A stretch of DNA of 56,798 nucleotides from contig DATFWF010000011.1 in NCBI GenBank assembly GCA_035259605.1, positions 1 through 56,798 on the forward strand, read 5' to 3'. Shown piece after piece: positions 50,031 through 56,798 of this stretch (its first letter is position 1; each line of letters opens with the position of its first letter). The DNA is from Thermoanaerobaculia bacterium (lineage in GTDB: Bacteria; Acidobacteriota; Thermoanaerobaculia; UBA5066; Gp7-AA6). The translations under genes were made by a program, and so were the position numbers. The notes below the pieces were generated by a model. It was given only the letters and a program-made list of their open reading frames with translations. It did not search any database and was not told the DNA's origin.

Positions 50031-51220
50031 CACCTCTCCGCTTCGACGACGACCGCGATCCCCTGGCCTCCACCGATGCACGCTCCGGCGACGCCGTAGC
50101 GGGCGCCGCGCCGGCGAAGCTCCTTCAAGAGCGTCAGCGTGCAGCGCGTCCCGGTGGCGGCGAGAGGGTGGCCGAGCGCGATCGCTCCGCCGTTGACGTT
50201 CAGCTTCTCCGTGTCGAGGTCAAGCTCGCGGACGACGCCGAGGATCTGCCCGGCGAAGGCCTCGTTGATCTCCCAGAGGTCGATGTCGGCCATCCTCAGG
50301 CCCGCCTTCTCGAGGGCGGCCCGCGCGGCGGGCGCCGGGCCCAGGCCCATCAACTCGGGCTCGCACCCGACGACGGCGGAGGCGACCAGGCGGCCGAGCG
50401 GCTTCCTGCCGAGCTGCCGGGCTTTCCCGCCCGACGCGACAACCACCGCCGCCGCGGCGTCCACGATCCCCGAGGCGTTGCCCGCCGTGACCTGCCCGCC
50501 CTCGCCGAAGGAGGGCGGCAAAGCGGCGAGGCCCTCGAGCGTGGTTTCGGGCCGGAGGTGATCGTCTTTCTCGACCCGGACGGTCTTTCTTCCGGCCTTC
50601 AGCTCGACCGGGACGACTTCCTCCGACAGGCGGCACGCTGCCCAGGCGGCGGCGGCCCGTTTCTGCGAAGACAGGGCGTAGGCGTCCTGCTCCTCGCGTG
50701 TGATGCCGTACTTCGCGGCGACCCGGTCCGACGTCTGGGCCATGTAGAGCCCGGCGTAGGTGTCCAGAAGCGCCACCATCAGCGAATCCTCGAGCTTGCC
50801 CTGGCCGAGCTTGAGGCCCTTGCGCGCCCCGCGGATCACGTGGGGCGCCTGGGACATGTTCTCCATCCCACCCGCGAGAACCGCCTCCGCCTCCCCAAGG
50901 AGGATGCGGTGAGACGCCTGGACGATGGACTCGAACCCGGACCCGCAGAGGCGGTTGACCGTCAGCGCCGGGACCTCCCTGGGGATGCCGGACTTGAGGC
51001 CGACATGGCGAGCGCCGTAGATCGCGTCTCCCGAAGTCTGGAGAGCGTTGCCGAAGATGACGTGGTCGATCTCCCGCGGCTCGACGCCGGAACGCTTCAT
51101 CGCCTCGCGGGAGGCGTGGACCCCCAGATCGATGGCCGAGATTTCGGCGAAGGAACCGTTGTACTCCGCCATGGGCGTCCGCGCCCCGTCGAGAATGACG
51201 ATGTCTTCGGTGGTTTGCAT
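50030..51220 (-). CDS. Acetyl-CoA C-acetyltransferase (thiolase II)
   Basis: ATG 51220 (MQTTEDIVILDGARTPM). Active-site regions VNRLCGSGFES, NGGAIALGHPLAATG, GACIGGGQG. Confidence 0.92.
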   Translation of the reverse strand: MQTTEDIVILDGARTPMAEYNGSFAEISAIDLGVHASREAMKRSGVEPREIDHVIFGNALQTSGDAIYGARHVGLKSGIPREVPALTVNRLCGSGFESIVQASHRILLGEAEAVLAGGMENMSQAPHVIRGARKGLKLGQGKLEDSLMVALLDTYAGLYMAQTSDRVAAKYGITREEQDAYALSSQKRAAAAWAACRLSEEVVPVELKAGRKTVRVEKDDHLRPETTLEGLAALPPSFGEGGQVTAGNASGIVDAAAAVVVASGGKARQLGRKPLGRLVASAVVGCEPELMGLGPAPAARAALEKAGLRMADIDLWEINEAFAGQILGVVRELDLDTEKLNVNGGAIALGHPLAATGTRCTLTLLKELRRRGARYGVAGACIGGGQGIAVVVEAER

Positions 51221-51279
51221 GGAAACTCCCAACCCCGGAATTTACAACAGATAAATAGCCTTCCGGGCGCGCCGGAGGT

Positions 51280-52329
51280 TCAGGAAGGGCGGCTCCACGC
51301 GAGGGCGTGGAAGCGGCGGCGGACCTCGTTGAACCTGGAGTCCCGGACGGTCGGGTGGACCCGGTTCGTCAGCAGGATCGCGATGCGGCGAGCGTCCGGA
51401 TCGATCCAGAGCGAGGTCCCCGTGAAGCCCGTGTGGCCGAAGGACCTCGACGGCATTTCCGGAATCGCCGAGCCGGCGCCGCGCGCCGCCTGCCACGAAA
51501 GGCCGCGGCCTTCGGGCAGCTGCGGGGTCCGATCTGCGCAGAAATCCTCGCGGAAGTTGAGGAGCCAGGCTCGGGCGAGAGCCCGGACGTCGCAGGCGGT
51601 CCCGAAGAGGCCCGCGTTTCCGGCGACTCCGCCGCGCCGGCTCGCGTTGCCGTCGTGGACCTCGCCCCACACGACGCCGCTCCGGAACCGCGGGTAGGAC
51701 AGGCCGAGCTCCGCCGTCATGCGCCGCTCCGTCTCGTCCCCCTTCTCGGTCGCCGCCGTCGCCCGCGCCTCCGGAGGAAGGAACCGGGCTCCCGATCCGG
51801 CCGGCGCGGCGACAAGATCGCGGAACGCCGCGTCGAGCGGGGCCGCGAAGTGGGCCTCCAGCACGTCGCCGAAGAGGAGGAAGTTCAGGTCGCTGTAGAT
51901 CACCGCGGAGCCCGGCGCGGCGGCCGGCTCGATCTCCGCGAGGGTCCTGGCGTACTGCCGCGCCCCCTCGCCCCGGGCGTAGAGCGGGTACCAGGCCGGC
52001 AGCCCGGAAGTGTGGGTCAGGAGCGAACGCAGCGTGATGCCTTCGTAACGGGTCTTCTTCCATGCCGGAAAGAAAGCGCCCGGCGGCCGGTCGAGGTCCA
52101 GGCCGCCTTCCGAGGCGATCCGGGCGAGGGCTCCGCAGCAGAGCGGCTTGGTCAGGCTCGCCAGGTCCCAGAGTGTGTCGTCCGAGACGGCCGCCGTCTC
52201 CGGCTCGACGGCCGCGTTTCCGGCGATCGCGGCCTGCTCGATTCCGTCGGCGCCGGCCAGCAGGGCCGAGGCGCCGGGAAAGGAGCCCGAGGCGATCTCC
52301 TCTTCGAGCCAGGCGGAAAGAGCCGTCAC
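51280..52329 (-). CDS. Serine hydrolase (beta-lactamase/esterase family)
   Basis: GTG 52329 inside ORF 51280..52833 (GTGA overlap with the upstream stop). SxxK motif SLTKPL, LLTHTSGL, GHTGFTG. Confidence 0.8.
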   Translation of the reverse strand: MTALSAWLEEEIASGSFPGASALLAGADGIEQAAIAGNAAVEPETAAVSDDTLWDLASLTKPLCCGALARIASEGGLDLDRPPGAFFPAWKKTRYEGITLRSLLTHTSGLPAWYPLYARGEGARQYARTLAEIEPAAAPGSAVIYSDLNFLLFGDVLEAHFAAPLDAAFRDLVAAPAGSGARFLPPEARATAATEKGDETERRMTAELGLSYPRFRSGVVWGEVHDGNASRRGGVAGNAGLFGTACDVRALARAWLLNFREDFCADRTPQLPEGRGLSWQAARGAGSAIPEMPSRSFGHTGFTGTSLWIDPDARRIAILLTNRVHPTVRDSRFNEVRRRFHALAWSRPS

Positions 52330-52874
52330 TTCGGCGGCGCCTGGATCTCGGCGCGGCGCGGGGCGATCTTCCGCGCGTTGGCCACGACGGCCGGGGGCGC
52401 CGGATCGGGCGCCTTGAAGCCCTGCCGCTCCCTCTCGAGCGCCGCGATCTGCTCGTCGAGCTTGCGAGCGGTTTCCCGGTCCTTCGCCCCTTCCCTGGCC
52501 TGGCGCAGCGCCGCGATTGTGCGCGAGTAGGTCCCTTCCGCCGCCCCGCGGACCTGCGCCGTTTCGAGCTGGACGATCGCCTCGAGGATCCGGGCGCGAG
52601 ACCACGCGTATTCCTCGGGATCCACGCCGACCCCCGTGGTCGCCTCCTCGTCGGTGCGTCCGCGCGAGGCCCGGCGGACGCGGATGTAGTGATCGATATG
52701 CGCGTCGGTCAGGAGCCCGTCCGCCGGCGGCCGGAAACGGACGACAACGGGGACCTTCGGAAGCGAGGGCGCCTTCCGGCCCTGCTCCTGTCCCGCGCGA
52801 GGAGCCTCCCGACCGCAGGACACCAAAGTGCAAAGCGCGGCGAGAACGACGGCCGATTTCGGGGCGGAGCGCAC
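52326..52874 (-). CDS. Hypothetical lipoprotein
   Basis: Lipobox-like LCTLVSCG after a signal sequence. Charged, helical C-terminal part. No family recognised. Confidence 0.5.
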   Translation of the reverse strand: MRSAPKSAVVLAALCTLVSCGREAPRAGQEQGRKAPSLPKVPVVVRFRPPADGLLTDAHIDHYIRVRRASRGRTDEEATTGVGVDPEEYAWSRARILEAIVQLETAQVRGAAEGTYSRTIAALRQAREGAKDRETARKLDEQIAALERERQGFKAPDPAPPAVVANARKIAPRRAEIQAPPK

Positions 52875-52896
52875 CGGCGCGAGTGTAATTTAGGTG

Positions 52897-52927
52897 CTGA
52901 CATCGCTCCCTTCGTCCCTGTTAGAAT
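52897..52927 (+). promoter_or_regulatory. Candidate promoter CTGACA-N19-TAGAAT, -10 box 18 nt upstream of the kinase GTG
   Basis: Read in the divergent lipoprotein/kinase spacer. Confidence 0.35.
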
Positions 52928-52945
52928 CCGGCAGGGAAAATCTGC

Positions 52946-54835
52946 GTGGGCATACCGGAAAAGATCGGGAAATACGAGATTTCCGAGCAGATCGGCGTCG
53001 GCGGGTTCGGTGCCGTCTACCGGGGGAGAGATCCGTTCATCAAACGGACCGTCGCGGTCAAGACCTGCCAGTTGAACGACCCGGAAATCAAGAGCCGGTT
53101 CTTCCGCGAGGCCGAGCTCGCCGGCAACCTCCACCACCGCAACATCACCACGATCTACGACTTCGGCGTCGAGAACGACGTCCCCTACATCGTCCAGGAG
53201 TTCCTGACCGGCGAGGACCTCGACAAGATCATCAAGCGCGGGGAGAAGCTCCCCCTCGCGCGCAAGATCGAGATCCTGATCGCGATCGCCGAGGGGCTCC
53301 ACTTCGCGCACGAGGCCCACGTCATCCACCGGGACATCAAGCCGGCAAACATCCGGATCCTGGAGAACGGCGCGGTCAAGATCATGGACTTCGGGATCGC
53401 CAAGTCCCTCCAATCCGAATCGAGCCTGACCCAGACCGGCATCACGCTGGGGACCTCCGCGTACCTCGCCCCCGAGCAGATCCGCGGCGAGACGCTGGAC
53501 CGGCGGACCGACGTGTTCGCCCTGGGCGTCCTGGCGTACGAGGTCCTCGCCTACCAGAAGCCGTTCCGAGGCGAGCACCTCTCGACGATCCTCTACCGCA
53601 TCCTGAACGAGGCGCCGGAGCCGATCGAATCGGTCGCGCCGGACGTGCCGCCCGCGCTCGCCGCGATCGTCAGCAAGGCGATCGAGAAGAACATCCAGAA
53701 CCGCTACCCCTCCATGGAGGCGATGCGGCAGGACCTGATCGCGGTCTATCGCCAGGTCGCCGGCGGCAGCGGCGCGATCGCGACCCGGCCGACGACCCAG
53801 TTCGGCCCGACCCCGTTCGACCCGGACGAGACGATCAAGACCCCGAGCAAGGGGATGGAGACCAGCAACATCACGCCGCCGTCCGGGGCGCTGGCCCGCC
53901 AGCCGGCGCCGGAGGACCCGACGGTGATCTCGGCCGCCACGCCCGCGCCCGTTCCCGTAGCGCCGACTCCCAAGTCGGGAGGGCTCGAGCTCGTCAACTT
54001 CCGCGATCCGACGCAGCGCACCGGGGACGCGAAGCCCGCCGAGGCCGCGGAAGCCGCCGCGGCCGCTCCGCCCGCCGGCACGGGGCGCGGCGTGATGATC
54101 GGCGCCGGCCTCGCCGCCGCGGCGGTCATCGCGATCGGGGTCTTCTTGCTCACGCGCACCCACAAGCCCGAAGCGCCGGCCGCCGCGCCTCCCGAGGCCC
54201 CGGCCAAGGCCGTTACCGCTCCCATCGTGTTTCCCGCCCCGCAGGTGGGTAAGGACAGCGCGAACGTCCCGAAGCCTCCGGCGCCCGCGGCGGCTCCGGC
54301 GGCCAAGGCCAAGCCCGCCGAGAAGCCGCCCGAGGAAGCCGTCGCCGAGAAGCCCGCTCCCAGGAAGGAGAAGGAAGCGCCGGCGAAGGTGAAATCGTTC
54401 AAGGTCCAGTTCAGCTCGATCCCCGTCGCCACGCTTTTCGTGGACGGAAAGAAGATCGGTCCGTCCATCCCGGCCCAGGTCGTGGATCTTCCCGAAGGCA
54501 AGCACACGTTGCGCTTCGAGACGCCGGACTTTCCTCCCTACGAGAAGCCCTTCACGGTCTCCTCCTCCGGCACTCCCCCGATCGCCTACCGCTTCCCGGT
54601 CGGAGTGCTCGTGATCAATTCGCCGGCGTGGGCCGGGGCGAACGTGCTCATCGACTCGAAGTTCAAGGGAATCCTGATCGGCGAGAAGACCTTCCAGCTC
54701 ACCTCCGGATCGCACAAGGTCACGCTCTCCCGCGAAGGCGTCAACCCGTACACCGCCGAGGTCACGGTTTCCGAGGGAGAGAAGAAGGTCCTGACGCCGC
54801 CCGCCCCGACCTCGGCGCAGGAGGGATCCTCTTGA
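52946..54835 (+). CDS. Ser/Thr protein kinase with TM segment and C-terminal PEGA domains
   Basis: GVGGFGAVY, VAVK, HRDIKPANI, DFGIAK, APE. Then a Pro/Ala linker, one TM helix, and two PEGA-like units (VDLPEGKHTLRF). Confidence 0.88.
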   Translation: MGIPEKIGKYEISEQIGVGGFGAVYRGRDPFIKRTVAVKTCQLNDPEIKSRFFREAELAGNLHHRNITTIYDFGVENDVPYIVQEFLTGEDLDKIIKRGEKLPLARKIEILIAIAEGLHFAHEAHVIHRDIKPANIRILENGAVKIMDFGIAKSLQSESSLTQTGITLGTSAYLAPEQIRGETLDRRTDVFALGVLAYEVLAYQKPFRGEHLSTILYRILNEAPEPIESVAPDVPPALAAIVSKAIEKNIQNRYPSMEAMRQDLIAVYRQVAGGSGAIATRPTTQFGPTPFDPDETIKTPSKGMETSNITPPSGALARQPAPEDPTVISAATPAPVPVAPTPKSGGLELVNFRDPTQRTGDAKPAEAAEAAAAAPPAGTGRGVMIGAGLAAAAVIAIGVFLLTRTHKPEAPAAAPPEAPAKAVTAPIVFPAPQVGKDSANVPKPPAPAAAPAAKAKPAEKPPEEAVAEKPAPRKEKEAPAKVKSFKVQFSSIPVATLFVDGKKIGPSIPAQVVDLPEGKHTLRFETPDFPPYEKPFTVSSSGTPPIAYRFPVGVLVINSPAWAGANVLIDSKFKGILIGEKTFQLTSGSHKVTLSREGVNPYTAEVTVSEGEKKVLTPPAPTSAQEGSS

Positions 54836-56490
54836 GGCGAGCCTTTCCGGTCTTCGCCGTTCTCTTCTTCGCCGCGGCCGCCGCGGTCTTCGCCCAGGAG
54901 GCGGACAAGATGGAGGCGGACGCGAAGAAGGCGTTCGACGCCGGGCGCTTCCAGGAGGCCGCCGAGAAGTTCGCGAAAGCCGCCGAGGCACCGGACCTCT
55001 CGGCCGAGCGCAAATCGGACCTCTACTTCCAGGGCGCGTGGGCCTACTTCATCGGCGGCAATTCGAAGGCGTCGCGCGAGAACCTGAAAGCCGCCTTCAC
55101 CGCGCGGCCCAATCTGGACATCGTCGCCGATTTCTACAGCCCCGATTTCGTCCGCCTCGCGCAGACGGTCCGGGCGGAAGTCTCCGGCGCCAACGCGCCG
55201 TCGGCGGACCTCTCGGAGCTGAAGCGCATGGCCCGCGAGAAGCTCGCGGACAACAAGGCGGAAGAGGCGCTTTACGACCTGAAGCGCGCCGAGAAGACCT
55301 CGGACCCGCAGGTCCACCGCCTCATGGCCGAGGCGTACGACAAGCTCGGGCGAGCCACGGAGGCGGACGCCGAGCGCCGCAAGGCCGCCGACCTGGAGAA
55401 GACGGCCGTGACGGCCGCTCCCCTTCCCGGCTCGGCGCCCGCGGCCCCGGCTCCCGCCGCTCCGGCCGCAGCCCCCGGCGTGGCCGGAGGAGGCGGCGCC
55501 GTCAGCGTGGCACCTCTCCTCGAGTCGGCGGAGACCTCGCTCAAGAAAAACGACTTCCGCAACGCGCAGGTCATCGCCAGCCGCGCTCTCGACGTGGATC
55601 CGAAGAACTCCGAGGCGCACCGCATCATCGCGGACGCCGCCTTCGGCATGGGACGCGAGGCCGACGCGGAGCGCGAGTACACCGCCGCGATCACTTCCGA
55701 CACCTCCAACGCCAGGGCCGAGCTGGGCCTCGGGGCACTTGCCGAGACGCAGAGGAAGTGGAGCACGGCGGCCAGTCACTATCGGCGCGCGCTGGAATTG
55801 AACGGCAAGAGTGTTCCCGCGGCGCTGGGCCTGGGCCGCTCGATGGAGGAGCTGAAGGAGAGACCCTCGGCGCGCATCGCCTTCGGCCGGGCCGTCGAGA
55901 CCGATCCGACCGACGCGGCCGCGCGCAACGACTACGGGGTCTTCCTCTCGCGCGCCGACGAGAACGACGCGGCCGTCGAGCAGCTCTCCGAGGCGGTCCG
56001 CCTCTCGCCGCAGACGGCGGTCTTTCACGCGAATCTTGGACGGGCTTATCGCAAGAAAGGGATGGTCAAGGAGGCCGAGCGAGAGCTCGCCGAGGCCGCG
56101 CGCCTCTCGCCGAGGGATGCCGAGGTCTCGATCGCGCTCGGCCATCTCCTCAGGGATCAGAAGCGCTTCGACGAGGCGGCGTCGGCCTACCGCTCCGCCT
56201 GCCAGATCGATCCCTCGAGCGAGGAGGCGGCGAGCGGCCTCTCCGTCGTCCTGATCGAGGCCGGCAAGCCGGAGGAGGCCGAGACGGTCCTCGTCAAGGC
56301 AGTCGAGACGGACCCCAAGGGCGCCTCTCTCTGGAACAATCTCGGCGTGGCGCGCACGAAGCGCGGCAACTACGCCGGCGCAGTCCAGGCCTTCCAGAAG
56401 GCGATCGACCTGGACGGGAACTTCGAGATCGCCCGCGCCAACCTCGCCCGGGCCGAGCAGCTCGCCGGCCTCGAGCGCGCTGCTTCCTGA
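54832..56490 (+). CDS. Secreted tetratricopeptide (TPR) repeat protein
   Basis: TTG 54832 (TTGA overlap with the kinase stop) inside ORF 54628..56490. Signal-like LRRAFPVFAVLFFAAAAAVFAQ. At least 8 TPR units. Confidence 0.75.
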   Translation: MRRAFPVFAVLFFAAAAAVFAQEADKMEADAKKAFDAGRFQEAAEKFAKAAEAPDLSAERKSDLYFQGAWAYFIGGNSKASRENLKAAFTARPNLDIVADFYSPDFVRLAQTVRAEVSGANAPSADLSELKRMAREKLADNKAEEALYDLKRAEKTSDPQVHRLMAEAYDKLGRATEADAERRKAADLEKTAVTAAPLPGSAPAAPAPAAPAAAPGVAGGGGAVSVAPLLESAETSLKKNDFRNAQVIASRALDVDPKNSEAHRIIADAAFGMGREADAEREYTAAITSDTSNARAELGLGALAETQRKWSTAASHYRRALELNGKSVPAALGLGRSMEELKERPSARIAFGRAVETDPTDAAARNDYGVFLSRADENDAAVEQLSEAVRLSPQTAVFHANLGRAYRKKGMVKEAERELAEAARLSPRDAEVSIALGHLLRDQKRFDEAASAYRSACQIDPSSEEAASGLSVVLIEAGKPEEAETVLVKAVETDPKGASLWNNLGVARTKRGNYAGAVQAFQKAIDLDGNFEIARANLARAEQLAGLERAAS

Positions 56491-56494
56491 CCTC

Positions 56495-56798
56495 GTGATC
56501 CTGGGCGGCCTCCTCTTCGCGGCGCTGTTCGCCGCGGGTCCTTCCCCCGACGCGCACCGGGCCGAGATCGAGAGCTGGCGCGCGAGGAGGATGGCGAGCC
56601 TGAAGAAGGACGACGGCTGGCTCACGCTGGTCGGTCTCTTCTGGCTCGAACAGGGAGAGAACCGTTTCGGCGGCGGGAAGAAAGGCAACCGGATCGTCTT
56701 TCCGGAGGGGTCGGCGCCCGCGTCGGCGGGATCGCTCGACCTGGCCGGGGAGACCGTCACGATTCACGCGAAGCCCGAGGCGAACTTGACCGCCGGCG
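56495..56798 (+). CDS. DUF1684-domain protein, N-terminal fragment (runs off the window)
   Basis: GTG 56495; the frame is open to the window end, so it is absent from the ORF track. HRAEIESWRARRMASLKKDDGWLTLVGLFWLEQGENRFG matches the DUF1684 N-terminal pattern. Confidence 0.6.
   Translation, partial: MILGGLLFAALFAAGPSPDAHRAEIESWRARRMASLKKDDGWLTLVGLFWLEQGENRFGGGKKGNRIVFPEGSAPASAGSLDLAGETVTIHAKPEANLTAG

Noticed and set aside
51234-51268. Hairpin CCCGGAA-N20-TTCCGGG with an AT-rich loop between the serine hydrolase and thiolase genes
   Set aside because: The 20-nt loop and missing U-tract make it a poor terminator. The AT-rich loop (minus strand TGTAAATT) may simply be the thiolase operon promoter. 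The evidence is too weak to call.
54586-56760. 724-aa minus-strand ORF opposite the TPR protein
   Set aside because: It is antisense to a clear TPR-repeat gene and has shadow-ORF composition.

Overview
High-GC (about 70% by eye, not computed), very gene-dense bacterial chromosomal window. I call 50 CDS. I recognise no rRNA, tRNA, CRISPR array, IS element or prophage. Almost all content is housekeeping. On the + strand: priA tail, accA, a giant LptC/LptA-like protein, lptB, rpoN-hpf-ptsN-hprK-rapZ-EIIA(Man)-ptsH-ptsI, a cupin, miaB, parAB and a fused lptF-lptG. On the - strand from 19.8 kb: an Omp85 protein, ahcY-metK, rsmD, cca and dnaE. Then mixed orientation: guaA, a SpoIIE phosphatase, an M28 peptidase, xerD, a thiolase-hbd-crotonase operon and a Ser/Thr kinase. 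A PadR regulator coupled to an ADOP-type duplicated permease points to Acidobacteriota. I found no convincing novel multi-gene system such as defence, secretion or a biosynthetic cluster, and I say so plainly. The signals most worth a second look are non-genic or architectural: (1) a 28-bp dif-like XerCD site in an AT-rich island at 17314-17341, 2.4 kb from an all-plus to all-minus gene orientation switch, yet next to parAB; (2) short tandem heptamer arrays filling intergenic spacers, with the same TGTCGAC unit at three loci; (3) nested inverted repeats between ptsH and ptsI; (4) a recurring TAGAAT -10-like box 6-18 nt upstream of four start codons; (5) single-polypeptide fusions in the Lpt machinery; (6) a permease-less regulatory PTS that contains both HprK and PtsN. 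Many long ORFs in the six-frame track are high-GC shadow ORFs and were rejected.
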